IMG/VR virus record: IMGVR_UViG_2684623050_000001
Span: 32,001-96,000 of that record
Source: a virus
Lineage: Duplodnaviria > Caudoviricetes
Reading direction: 5' to 3' (one strand)
DNA length: 64,000 nucleotides
Shown piece after piece: positions 9,191-18,289 of the stretch. The first letter of the stretch is position 1, and each line of letters opens with the position of its first letter. The position numbers were made by a program, and so were the translations under genes. Below the pieces are notes generated by a model that saw nothing but the letters and a program-made list of their open reading frames with translations, searched no databases and was not told the DNA's origin.

Positions 9191-10789
9191 TTACGCCGCG
9201 GTCTTCTTCTGGTCCTTGTCCGTCACCTGACCCTGCTGGTTGGCCTTCCCAGCGTTCTTGGGCGGTGACTTCGAGGAGCCGGAAGCGTTGGACCCGCCTG
9301 GGGCGGGGAAACCGGTCGGAGGCGAGGTCGCCTCGAACATCTGCTTGGCGCGCTCGACGGGATCGACCGGCCAGGACTTCAGCTCGGCGAGCATCTTGGC
9401 CTTGATCTCCTCGGCGACGCCGGGGAACAGCTTGTCCACGATCTGCTTCATCTGCTCGGAGCGGATGGTCTTGGGCGCCTCGATCAGGCCGAGGTTCTGC
9501 GCGACCGTGAATTCATCGAACAGCGAGCGAACATCGAAGGTCTCGGGATACTTGACCACGCGCTCCTTGAGCGGCGTAGCCTTGTGCCAGAGCAGCACGA
9601 GTTCGTTCAGCTGGTGCTCGACCTGCTCCAGGCTCTGGGCCTTGGTCGTCAGGAGCGAGTTCAGCTTGTCGAAGTCGTAGGCCTTGGCGACGCCCGAGGA
9701 GTTGTCGATGCCGACGGCGTTGTCCTGCTTGGTCCGCTCGCCCGAGGCGCCGGCCGTGTTGTAGATCTCGGCGACGATCTTGTTGATCGCCGTGATGATG
9801 AGCTGGGCCTGGCGCGGGTCCGGGGACAGGTATTCGGGCGCGGCGCCGCCCTCCCCGTCGTAGAGGAAGATGCGCTTCGTCCCCATGTCCACGAGGGCGT
9901 TGTGGGCCTCGGTGCCGGGCAGGACGTTCTGGGCCGGCATGGCGAGCTGCGAGAACGCCTGATCCTGGATGATGGCATCCAGGTTCGACAGGTAGTTCGC
10001 GCTCGCCCGGTCCAGGTAGGCGATGTCGTCGATGAGGCCGGACGCCGAGTAGAGGTTCTCGCCGAGGATGTGGTCGGCGAAGAAGCACGGGACCCGGCCG
10101 ATCGCGACGGGGCCCTGGTCGAGCAGGTCGACGCGCTGGGAGCCGCGCACGTCCTTGATCTCGAACAGCATCCACTCGTTGCGCGTCCAGAGCCGGTAGC
10201 GCACCTTGACCTTACCCGAGGCGTAGATCGGGTCCTTGTCGTCCCGGTAGGTCTCCTGCACGAAGACCCACAGCAGCTCGCCATCGTCGTCATGGAAGCC
10301 CATGTCGAGGATGTTCTGGGGACGGACGAAGTAGGTGTAGACGCGCGCGCCCTGCTCCTTCTCGTCGGCCTGACTCACCGCGTCGTCGGTCTTGGTGGAA
10401 TCGACGAACACCAGCACGCGGCCGAGGATCGAGGTCGCGGTCGAGATGATGCGGATATACTGGTCGATCGTCAGCCCGGAGCGGGTGCAGTTCGCCCAGA
10501 AGTCCTTGAGCTCCTTCGGCGCGTCGTCCTTGCGGATGATGCTGCCCTTGAAGAGATACTTCTGGACGAGCTCCACGATCTCGCGCGTGTGGTTGAACCG
10601 ATACGCGCGTTCGAGGCGATCCTTGTATTCCTTGTCGCCTTCCTTGATGTAGCGGAACACGTTGTCCTTGAACCACTCGCGGCCACCCTCGTAGGTGGCC
10701 TGGAGGAAGTTCCAGTGCGGCAGCTTGCCCTCATAGTCAGGGTGACGCCGCTTGAGCATCTCCTGAAGGACCTTCTGGGCAATCGCCAC
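9191..10789 (-). CDS. Portal protein
   Basis: 532 aa, RHPDY...YEGG...Y.DRLERAYRFN...SGVAKAYDF; follows terminase. Confidence 0.9.
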   Translation of the reverse strand: MAIAQKVLQEMLKRRHPDYEGKLPHWNFLQATYEGGREWFKDNVFRYIKEGDKEYKDRLERAYRFNHTREIVELVQKYLFKGSIIRKDDAPKELKDFWANCTRSGLTIDQYIRIISTATSILGRVLVFVDSTKTDDAVSQADEKEQGARVYTYFVRPQNILDMGFHDDDGELLWVFVQETYRDDKDPIYASGKVKVRYRLWTRNEWMLFEIKDVRGSQRVDLLDQGPVAIGRVPCFFADHILGENLYSASGLIDDIAYLDRASANYLSNLDAIIQDQAFSQLAMPAQNVLPGTEAHNALVDMGTKRIFLYDGEGGAAPEYLSPDPRQAQLIITAINKIVAEIYNTAGASGERTKQDNAVGIDNSSGVAKAYDFDKLNSLLTTKAQSLEQVEHQLNELVLLWHKATPLKERVVKYPETFDVRSLFDEFTVAQNLGLIEAPKTIRSEQMKQIVDKLFPGVAEEIKAKMLAELKSWPVDPVERAKQMFEATSPPTGFPAPGGSNASGSSKSPPKNAGKANQQGQVTDKDQKKTAA

Positions 10790-10801
10790 GACGCCGGCTC
10801 C

Positions 10802-11071
10802 TTACGCCAGGGCCGTGAAGGCGACGCGCGCGCCGGCCTTGTTCGGGGCACGCACGAACAGGGTCAGGCTCGGGTAGTTCAGCGGCAGCGGGCCGGACGC
10901 GCCGCGCAGCTGGTGCGCGGGCGCATCGAGCCCGGGCTCGGCGTCGGAGAGGACGAACAGCACATCGGCCGCGACCGGCAGCGCAGGCGAGGGAATGGTC
11001 TGCAGGAGACCCTGCGCCGGCCCGAGATCGAGCCAGTTCTCCTCGGTGATGTCGGTCTGGGTCGTTGCCAT
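10802..11071 (-). CDS. Hypothetical protein
   Basis: 89-aa ORF with SD (AAGGA) between terL and portal. Confidence 0.55.
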   Translation of the reverse strand: MATTQTDITEENWLDLGPAQGLLQTIPSPALPVAADVLFVLSDAEPGLDAPAHQLRGASGPLPLNYPSLTLFVRAPNKAGARVAFTALA

Positions 11072-11130
11072 GGGTCTGTTCGTCCTTCGGAAGAGCTAGA
11101 TGATAAGTCAGTGCTGACTGATCCACAAGA

Positions 11131-12396
11131 TCACAGCGAAACGCCGAGGATCTTGATCTGACGCACCGGGAATTCGAGATCGAGGCAGTAGCCCAGCGCG
11201 TCGGCCGGGTGCTCGACGCCCGCGCTCTTGTCCACGTCGCGCGAGCCCGGCTTGTAGATCGTCTGCTCGAAGGCGTTGATGACGTGCTTGCAGTTCCGGT
11301 CCACCTTGAGCCGGATCGTGCCGTCGGCCGCCTTGAGCATCCGATTGACCGAGTTCACGCGGTCGGCCACCTTCGGGTGCTTCTTGCGATACTTGAGATT
11401 CTTGAACTCGGCGTCGCGCAGGATGTCGAGGTCGCTCTCGCCGCGGCCGTGGCCGCGCTGGGCGCCGGCCGGGTCCGGGTAGAGAATGATCCGCTTCTTG
11501 TGCTTGAAGAACTTGCGGTCGAGCTCCTGCGCGACCTCTTCGGTCGAGGAACCGGGCAGGATGATCTCGCCCACGATCCAGACCTCGCCGTTGTCCTGCA
11601 GCTGCATGATGACCGACGACATCGGGTCGATGTTGAAGTCCTGCCCGATCCAGATCGGCAGCTGCGGGTTGAAGGCGTAGTCGCCGACGTGGATGTTGCG
11701 GTCGAACGCATGGTAGACGCGGCCGCTCATCGTCTCGAAGCTCGCCTCGAACTCCTGACGGAACGACTTGTCGTCCATGTTCTGGCGCGCGTTCTCGATC
11801 TCCTCCAGCGGGATGAACGGCGACGTGATGGTCGGGAACTGCCAGGACTTGTGCGTGTTGCGGCGCAGCTTGCCCTTCGCGTCGCGATACGTGTCGCCGC
11901 GCTGGCCCTTCATGTAGACGTCGTAGAGCCAGTTGTAGGCCTTGGGCGTCCCGATGATGATGGCGCTGCCGCGGGTCGAGGCGAGCGTCGGCATCAGGAC
12001 CTTGAACCAGGTGTCCGGCTCGATGTCCTGGGCCTCGTCGACCACGACCAGGTGCAGCGCGACGCCGCGCAGGCTGTCCGGCTTGTCCGCGCCCTTGCAC
12101 TCGATCAGCGAGCCGTTGCGCAGCCGGATCGCCATCCGGGTCTCGTTGATCCGCTTGACCCACTTGGCCGGGATCGAATCCTTTAGCTCGTCCCACAGGA
12201 TCGAGCGCGCCATCCCGTAGGTGGGCGCGACATACCAGACCTTCTGCTTGGACTTGGCCGCGGCAGCGGTGACGATCGAGATCCGCGCGAACTGGGTCTT
12301 GCCCCAGCGCCGGCCGGCAACGACCACCTTGACCCGGCGCGGATCGTTGAAGACCGTCGCCTGGCCGTGGTGGAGCTTATACTCAAGCGTCGCCAT
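11131..12396 (-). CDS. terL: Terminase large subunit
   Basis: Walker A AGRRWGKT, Walker B VVVDE, GTP coupling motif, nuclease GQDFN...HPADALGY. Confidence 0.96.
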   Translation of the reverse strand: MATLEYKLHHGQATVFNDPRRVKVVVAGRRWGKTQFARISIVTAAAAKSKQKVWYVAPTYGMARSILWDELKDSIPAKWVKRINETRMAIRLRNGSLIECKGADKPDSLRGVALHLVVVDEAQDIEPDTWFKVLMPTLASTRGSAIIIGTPKAYNWLYDVYMKGQRGDTYRDAKGKLRRNTHKSWQFPTITSPFIPLEEIENARQNMDDKSFRQEFEASFETMSGRVYHAFDRNIHVGDYAFNPQLPIWIGQDFNIDPMSSVIMQLQDNGEVWIVGEIILPGSSTEEVAQELDRKFFKHKKRIILYPDPAGAQRGHGRGESDLDILRDAEFKNLKYRKKHPKVADRVNSVNRMLKAADGTIRLKVDRNCKHVINAFEQTIYKPGSRDVDKSAGVEHPADALGYCLDLEFPVRQIKILGVSL

Positions 12397-13093
12397 CGTC
12401 GCCTTCCTCGACGACGATCGCCTCGTCTTCGTCGACCACGATCGCGGCGTCCTCGTCCTCCACGAGGTCGCCGTCGTCCTCCTCCTGCTTCTCGCGCAGG
12501 GCCTTGATCTGCTCGTCGGTCAGGTTGCGGATCGAGAGCTCCGGCAGCTCGTTCTCGTCGACCTCATCGTGCGCGTTCAGGAGGTCGAAGATCTCCAGGC
12601 GGCCCATCCGGACGATCTTCATCGCCCGCTCGATCGTCTTCAGGTTGCCGTCCTCGGTCGAGAAGGCGCGCCCGTGGCGCTGCGCATCCGCGAGCCGGCC
12701 CATGGCCGCGCGCACGAGGTTGTTGGCGTAGCCGGTGTGTTCCTTCCGGACCTTCTCGATCAGGTGCTTGCGCTCGGCAGAGAGCTGCTCGGCCGTCTTG
12801 GCTGCGGGCACGGGTGCTGCGGCCGTCGCGGTCGTCTTGGCAGCCGCGGCCGTCGCCGTGGCGAGCTCATGGGCGCGCGAGCCCTTCTTCACGCCGTAGC
12901 GGAGGAAGCGCTTGCGCAGCGAGGCCGGCTTCACGCCGTAGCGGCTGCAGATCTCGTTGACCTCTGCGGTGCCGAGTTCCCACAGCTCCTTGATCTGAGC
13001 CCACTCAGCCGGGGTCAGTCGCTTCTCGCCGGAAGCTTCGATGTCCTTTTCCAGGCCCTCGTCGAGCTCCGGAGCCTCTGTCTCATTAGTCAC
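12383..13093 (-). CDS. terS: Terminase small subunit
   Basis: N-terminal HTH (WAQIKELWELG...EICSRYGVKPASLRKR); overlaps terL start. Confidence 0.75.
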   Translation of the reverse strand: MTNETEAPELDEGLEKDIEASGEKRLTPAEWAQIKELWELGTAEVNEICSRYGVKPASLRKRFLRYGVKKGSRAHELATATAAAAKTTATAAAPVPAAKTAEQLSAERKHLIEKVRKEHTGYANNLVRAAMGRLADAQRHGRAFSTEDGNLKTIERAMKIVRMGRLEIFDLLNAHDEVDENELPELSIRNLTDEQIKALREKQEEDDGDLVEDEDAAIVVDEDEAIVVEEGDDGDA

Positions 13094-13125
13094 TGCTGAC
13101 TGACCTTTCCAAGCGCGCGTCCGGA

Positions 13126-13195
13126 GCCGCGTCCCTGTAATAGTAGTATATATAGTTACTTAGTATCTAGTCTTTATCAGGAGCGCGGACTTGGA
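13126..13195. repeat. Imperfect inverted repeat around an AT-rich core, upstream of terS
   Basis: CCGCGTCCCTGTAA-(AT-rich ~33 nt)-TTATCAGGAGCGCGGACTTGGA; related to 27522-27601. Confidence 0.7.
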
Positions 13196-13470
13196 TCTTC
13201 CAAGACAGGCTCTCCGGCTGTGGGCCGGATCAGCTGATAAGCCAGAAGCGTCGGAGCGAGAGATAGCCTGCGTCCGGCTCCATACTTCCGGACGAGGAGC
13301 CCGTGCTGCTCCAGATACCGGATGGAATACTGGAGCGCCTGCGGGGTCGCCTCGTAGGAGAGATCGGCGTGCAGATCGACGAAGCTGAGGTCCCGGCCCG
13401 CATCTGCGGAGCCGAGCACCAGATCCATGATCTCACGCTGCTTTGCTGTGGCTGCGAAGCGCTTGCTCAT
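13177..13470 (-). CDS. Winged-HTH DNA-binding protein
   Basis: TAKQREIMDLV...LSFVDLHADL...PQALQYSIRYLEQHGLLVR: wHTH pattern. Confidence 0.7.
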   Translation of the reverse strand: MSKRFAATAKQREIMDLVLGSADAGRDLSFVDLHADLSYEATPQALQYSIRYLEQHGLLVRKYGAGRRLSLAPTLLAYQLIRPTAGEPVLEDPSPRS

Positions 13471-14396
13471 GTCAGCACCAGGGGTTCGGTCGGCTTCTGC
13501 CGGTCGAATGCGGACAGAGGAAGGCTCTCGGGCAGGACCCGACCCTTGTCCGGGTTCTTCCAGACGCCATACATCGGCGAGGCCAACGTGATCTGTTGCA
13601 GGCTCCGGATCACGCGCCGCGCGTCCATCTCGTCGACCCGGCCCTGGCCCTTGTCGCGGTTGTTGCCGGTCTTCTCCAGCGCCGAGTGCCGGTAGTAGAA
13701 GTCGCGGGCGGCCTGGACGAGCTTCTCCTGCTCGGCCGGCGACTTGCCCGCGATCTCAGCCAGGATGGCCTCGTAGTCGGCCGGGTTCGCCTCGAAATGG
13801 CTGCGGAAGAACTTGAGCCCGGCCTCGAACTTGTTGGCGTTCATCGGCTTGACGAACTTGAACCCGGCCTTCTGCCCGAACAGGTTGAACTTCGACATGG
13901 ACGACTGGATCTCCATGAAGGTGTTCCCCTCCATGCGCGAGACCAGGTTCATCATCCGGTAGCCGCAGCCGATCCCGCGATACATCGTGTCCACGACGAA
14001 GCGCGCGATCACCCGGAAGTTGGCGTTCAGGTAGACGTAGCGGTTGGTGTTGGTGAGCTTGGTCTCGTCTCCACCCGGCTTGAGGCGCGGGAAGGCGACG
14101 TGGCGCTCCTTGAGCAGCCCCTTGGGGTTCGAGGTCACGAGGACGCCGATCGTCTCGCCGTGGAGCGCCAGCTTCCAGAACCGGGGCCCGATCGGCAGGC
14201 TCTCGGCCTTGTAGTGCAGGTCGTGCAGCAGCTCCCAGTCGTCCTTGGTGCCCCGCTCGACGACCATCTCGTCGATCAGCGAAAATCGCGCAGGGGCGCT
14301 TTCACGCGCGATCAGCGTGTCGGGGCCGTCAAACACGACGGTCGCGCTGTGCGACGAACCTCGCGCAACGCTGGGGCATCCAATTTCGAGCGACAT
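13467..14396 (-). CDS. GNAT-fold acyltransferase (predicted DNA-modification, Mom-like clade)
   Basis: LHY motif, IARFVVDTMYRGIGCG (acetyl-CoA binding RGxG), SMSKFNLFGQKAGF; start uncertain. Confidence 0.8.
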   Translation of the reverse strand: MSLEIGCPSVARGSSHSATVVFDGPDTLIARESAPARFSLIDEMVVERGTKDDWELLHDLHYKAESLPIGPRFWKLALHGETIGVLVTSNPKGLLKERHVAFPRLKPGGDETKLTNTNRYVYLNANFRVIARFVVDTMYRGIGCGYRMMNLVSRMEGNTFMEIQSSMSKFNLFGQKAGFKFVKPMNANKFEAGLKFFRSHFEANPADYEAILAEIAGKSPAEQEKLVQAARDFYYRHSALEKTGNNRDKGQGRVDEMDARRVIRSLQQITLASPMYGVWKNPDKGRVLPESLPLSAFDRQKPTEPLVLT

Positions 14397-14575
14397 CTCA
14401 GATCGGGGCGTAGAAGAAAGCTCGAACGAGCAGGGCGGCCCCGCCCAGGCATCCAACGATGCGGGCGAGGTCAATGAAGGTGTCGAGGCTCACGGCTGCG
14501 GGCCGAGCGCGACGAGCACGACGAGGGAGAAAGCTCCGGCGAGGAGCACGCCCCAGAAGGCTTCCCGGATCGTCC

Positions 14576-14863
14576 TCACAGCGTCTCTCCGGCACTCGGA
14601 TTGGTCCAGCGGGTGACGACCGGGCAGGAAACGCCTTCCCGGATGCCGGCCGAGATCGCGCGCCAGGCCATCGCCGGGATGTCCTCGCGGCGCAGGTCTT
14701 CGAGGATGACGGCGCCGTAGGTCTCCGCGGAGACGGCCGCGCGCTCCGAAGCGACCAGGCAGAGGCAATCCACCGTGGTTTCGCGCACCCGGTAGCCCAT
14801 CAGCGGGGCCGAGGAGCGCCAGCCGGAGCGCCGGACGATGAGGATGGTGACGTTCTCGCTCAC
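14576..14863 (-). CDS. Hypothetical protein
   Basis: GTG start overlapping the upstream stop; 95 aa. Confidence 0.4.
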   Translation of the reverse strand: MSENVTILIVRRSGWRSSAPLMGYRVRETTVDCLCLVASERAAVSAETYGAVILEDLRREDIPAMAWRAISAGIREGVSCPVVTRWTNPSAGETL

Positions 14864-15324
14864 GACACGATCTCCCAGTCCTGGGCCAGCAGATCGGACT
14901 GCGAGCACAGCCACGGCACCCGGTTCTTACAGGCCGTGAACATGAACACGTAGGGAAGGCTCATCTTCGAGTGAGCGTCCGGCACCTGAAGCTCCAGATA
15001 CATACCCTTGCCGTTCCAGCCGGCGCGGGCCACGCGCTTGCCGGCCTGCATCGCCTCGACGACCTCGCCGATCCGCAGACCCGTGGTCCGGGGCGCCTCG
15101 GCAGCCGGCGTGGTCAGGATCTTGGCCGCGGTGATGTTGAGGCGATCGGGCGCGCCGCCGAAGGTGATGTTGCCGATCACCAGATCGCCGTTCGTCTTGG
15201 CCTGGATGTCGACCTGCGAGCGCGGCTGTGAGGTCACGACGAGGCCCTCGGGCTCCCGGCTCGTGATGGTCACATCGTGATCGCCGATGACGATCTTGGT
15301 GTGAATGTCGGATTCGGTGCTCAT
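14860..15324 (-). CDS. tad2: DUF2829 / Tad2-like anti-defence sponge with N-terminal extension
   Basis: GKRVARAGWNGKGMYL...PWLCSQSDLLAQDWEIVS matches the DUF2829/Tad2 signature. Confidence 0.8.
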   Translation of the reverse strand: MSTESDIHTKIVIGDHDVTITSREPEGLVVTSQPRSQVDIQAKTNGDLVIGNITFGGAPDRLNITAAKILTTPAAEAPRTTGLRIGEVVEAMQAGKRVARAGWNGKGMYLELQVPDAHSKMSLPYVFMFTACKNRVPWLCSQSDLLAQDWEIVS

Positions 15325-15962
15325 ACTGCTGCCTTCTCGACTTCCACCTTCTCGCGGAAGCGCTTGGTGATGGTGAGGGAGGGACCGAGCTCGTCCTTGA
15401 GGTCGGTGTGGGTGGTCGCGACCATCAGCGTCCGGCCGGCAGCGCGGGCCGCCTTCTGGACGTTGAAGGCGATGACCTTCGCGGTGACGCGATCGAGGAC
15501 GGCGCCGAACTCGTCGGCGACCCACACATCGGCGTTCGAGCCGATGATCTTGGCGAGCTTCACCCGGTAGCGCTGACCGTCGGAGAGCTCGAACGGGCGC
15601 CGGATGAAGATCCAGGCGTCCGAAATGCCGGCCAGACCCAGCAGCCGCAGCCCCTCGGTCATGGAGCCACCCACCTGCTCGATGACGGGCTCGTCCGTGA
15701 GCTCGACCTCGTTGAGATCGGCCACGACCTTGCCGTCGGCGCGCAGCTTGCCCGTCAGGTCGCGCAGGAGCAGCGACTTGCCGGACCCGGACTGGCCGGT
15801 GATGTAGACGACATCGCCCTGGTTCAGCTCGACCAGCAGGTCGTCGTAGACGACGAAGCGCTTGTCGGAGAGGCCCAGACCGAAGGCCTCGGCGACTTCG
15901 AGCACGCGCGGCGTGCGCTCGACCGACGACGAGAAGGCGCGCGAGATCCGGTAGGTGCTCAT
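15321..15962 (-). CDS. ABC-family ATPase (partner of GNAT)
   Basis: GQSGSGKS, LSDGQRYR signature, VADEF, TTH; no permease nearby. Confidence 0.88.
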   Translation of the reverse strand: MSTYRISRAFSSSVERTPRVLEVAEAFGLGLSDKRFVVYDDLLVELNQGDVVYITGQSGSGKSLLLRDLTGKLRADGKVVADLNEVELTDEPVIEQVGGSMTEGLRLLGLAGISDAWIFIRRPFELSDGQRYRVKLAKIIGSNADVWVADEFGAVLDRVTAKVIAFNVQKAARAAGRTLMVATTHTDLKDELGPSLTITKRFREKVEVEKAAV

Positions 15963-16411
15963 GCGCCGAGCTCCGGATCGTCATCGCCGTCGTCGAGGAT
16001 GATGACCTCATCGTCGGTCGGCTCGCCATATTCGGCCAGCTCCACGAGGTCGCCGCGCATCAGCTCCATCGCGCCGATCCAGCGCAGCGCCTCCTGCTCA
16101 ACCCGCTTGCCGGCCGGCGTGCGCAGCGCGAGATCGAAGAAGCCCTCGCGCTCGCCCTTGCACGAGACGATCACCAGCGCGCCCTCGACCTCGCCGGCCT
16201 TGAGCCGGGCCAGGATGCGCTCGACCATCTCGACGGCCTCCTGATCGACCTTGGGCCGACGGACGCGCTTCTTCTTCTCGACCTTCTCCGGCACCCAGGC
16301 CGAGCGGGTCTTGATCGAGATGATCTTCGGCTCCGCGGCGCGCGCCTCCTCGGCCGCCTTCCGCTTGGCGTCGATCTCCTTGATGAGCGGGTTGTTCTCG
16401 AAATCAGGCAT
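15959..16411 (-). CDS. Hypothetical protein
   Basis: 150-aa ORF, coupled stops and starts. Confidence 0.55.
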   Translation of the reverse strand: MPDFENNPLIKEIDAKRKAAEEARAAEPKIISIKTRSAWVPEKVEKKKRVRRPKVDQEAVEMVERILARLKAGEVEGALVIVSCKGEREGFFDLALRTPAGKRVEQEALRWIGAMELMRGDLVELAEYGEPTDDEVIILDDGDDDPELGA

Positions 16412-16658
16412 GGGAAGTCACCACTGACTGACAGGTGCGGACAAGCCGATCCTGGCTCGGCAGGCGCTTGATCGACCCGAGATAGAGAGCGTTGGCGAGG
16501 TAGCCCCGGCGCGCGCGGTCGCGGGCCGTGAAGTTCCAGGCGAGCCCGTCGCGGGTGCGCCAGAAGGCGTGGTAGCGCCCGAAGCGGTTGCGCTGGAAGC
16601 GCATCCGGGTCCCGCCGCAGACGAGCGCGACGAGGATGCAGTTGGCCGGGAAGCGCAT
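16404..16658 (-). CDS. Hypothetical basic protein
   Basis: 84-aa ORF coupled to the ParB-like gene. Confidence 0.4.
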   Translation of the reverse strand: MRFPANCILVALVCGGTRMRFQRNRFGRYHAFWRTRDGLAWNFTARDRARRGYLANALYLGSIKRLPSQDRLVRTCQSVVTSHA

Positions 16659-17332
16659 CAGGCAGCGACCCCGAAGGCGTCGAGGAAGCCCATGAGGGCG
16701 TCCGCGCCGGTCTCGCCGGTCTCACCCTCGATCTTGGCGATGAAGGCCTTCACGCGCCGGCCCTGCTCGACCGTGAGCTTGCCGAAGCCGAGCGCATCCG
16801 CGACCCGCATGGTCGACGTGTCGACGGCCGCGGCCTTCTTGGTGTTCTCGACCTGCTGCTCCTCGACGGCCTCGGAGATGTCCTCGACGAAGGCGCTCTC
16901 GTCGAACTCGGCCGGGTCCTCGGTGAGGAAGCTGAGCTCCTTGGCCTCGTAGCCGAGCAGGTTGACGTCCACGTCGTCCTCGCCGGCGAGCCAGGTCAGG
17001 CTCTCGCGGATCTGGGCGGTGTCGTAGTCCTGGGTGGACGCCTTGTTGTCGGCCAGGCGCATCGCCTCGGCCTGGGCGTCGGAGAGACCCTTCACCACGA
17101 CGGCCGGGACGGACTTGAGGCCCATCTCGATCGCAGCCAGGCGCCGGCCGTGGCCCGCGATGATCTCGCCGTTCTCGCGCAGGATCAGCGGCTGGGTCCA
17201 GACGCCCGCGCCGCGGATGACGCCGACGAGCTTCTTCGTCGTCTCCGGCGTGTGCTTCTTGGCGTTCTTCGCGTAGGGCTTGAGCTTGCCGATCGGCCAG
17301 TGCTCGATGGGCAGGTCAGTCAGCGTCGTCAT
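16658..17332 (-). CDS. ParB/Srx-like N-terminal domain protein
   Basis: LKPYAKNAKKH...GEIIAGHGRRLAA...RLADN. Confidence 0.88.
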   Translation of the reverse strand: MTTLTDLPIEHWPIGKLKPYAKNAKKHTPETTKKLVGVIRGAGVWTQPLILRENGEIIAGHGRRLAAIEMGLKSVPAVVVKGLSDAQAEAMRLADNKASTQDYDTAQIRESLTWLAGEDDVDVNLLGYEAKELSFLTEDPAEFDESAFVEDISEAVEEQQVENTKKAAAVDTSTMRVADALGFGKLTVEQGRRVKAFIAKIEGETGETGADALMGFLDAFGVAA

Positions 17333-17534
17333 CGGCCCAGTCCTTGATGATGTCGTAGAGGTCGCGCTCGGTGGGCTCGTTGTCCCGGATGCGAGGCTCG
17401 AAGTTCTCCCCGCAGCCGCAGGTGCGGCAGGCGGGATTGCGGTTCACCCGCCCGGTCGAGAAGAAGAGGCAGCTCCGGCAATCCTCGAACCGGGGCTCGA
17501 TGCGCTCGTGAACCCGAATGCCGCGATCACGCAT
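17316..17534 (-). CDS. Small Cys-rich (Zn-binding) protein
   Basis: CRSC...CRTCGCG; overlaps both ParB-like genes. Confidence 0.5.
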   Translation of the reverse strand: MRDRGIRVHERIEPRFEDCRSCLFFSTGRVNRNPACRTCGCGENFEPRIRDNEPTERDLYDIIKDWADDDAD

Positions 17535-18225
17535 CGAGGGCGTCCGGGAAGTCGACGGTTGCGGGAGCGGTCTTGCCGAGCAGCAGGTGGACCAGCGCGT
17601 CGCCGGCATTCTGGAGCTCGGAGCCGGCCGTGAAGCCCTGGCGCTTCTGGGTCCGGGCGATCAGCTCGGCGAGCTTGTCGGCGTCGCCCTCGGGCACCTG
17701 GAAGCGCATGACCCGGTGGGTCTTCGGGGCGGCCGGGAGCTTGGGCTCCTCGGGATCGCTCGTGGCATCCGATTCGGACTCGCCAGCGTCGAGATCGAGC
17801 TTGTCGAGCGCTATATCGACCGACGAGAAGATCTGCGTAATGTCGTCGTTGCTCCAGGGGAGAATTTCCTGAAAGTCGAAGCCGTCACCAAAGCCCTTGA
17901 GCAGTTCCGCCAGCTCGATGGCGTCGTCACTGCCGTAGCGCTCGTTCAGGACCAGGCCGATCTGCTTGGCCTCGTCTTCGGAGATCGGTCCCAGGTTCAG
18001 CACCGGGATCAGCGGCACCTTGAGCTGAACGCAAATCTGAACGCGATGCTCGCCGCTCAGAATTTCGAGGTCCTTGCCGTTTTCGCGAACGACAATGGAT
18101 TCGATCAGACCAAGCCGACGGATCGACGCCGTAAGCTTCGCCTCGTTCTCGGGTGAAACGTGGTTGGTGTTCCACGAGTTCGGCACCAGCCGGTCCGGTG
18201 GAAGCGAGAGGGCCTTGGGATACAT
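17527..18225 (-). CDS. ParB/Srx-like domain protein
   Basis: LVPNSWNTN...SIRRLG...EILSGEHR...LNERYG. Confidence 0.85.
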   Translation of the reverse strand: MYPKALSLPPDRLVPNSWNTNHVSPENEAKLTASIRRLGLIESIVVRENGKDLEILSGEHRVQICVQLKVPLIPVLNLGPISEDEAKQIGLVLNERYGSDDAIELAELLKGFGDGFDFQEILPWSNDDITQIFSSVDIALDKLDLDAGESESDATSDPEEPKLPAAPKTHRVMRFQVPEGDADKLAELIARTQKRQGFTAGSELQNAGDALVHLLLGKTAPATVDFPDALDA

Positions 18226-18289
18226 GGGAGCCTGTGATAAGTCAGTGGTTACTTACCATAGGCGAAGCGGAAGGCAAGGTAAATCAGTG

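Noticed and set aside
15321-15962. ABC transporter
   Set aside because: No permease or substrate-binding gene; the context is GNAT, ParB and terminase.
16658-18225. ParB partners of the parA at 22266
   Set aside because: They lack the HTH of centromere-binding ParB and sit in a different operon; parA has its own coupled RHH-like gene.
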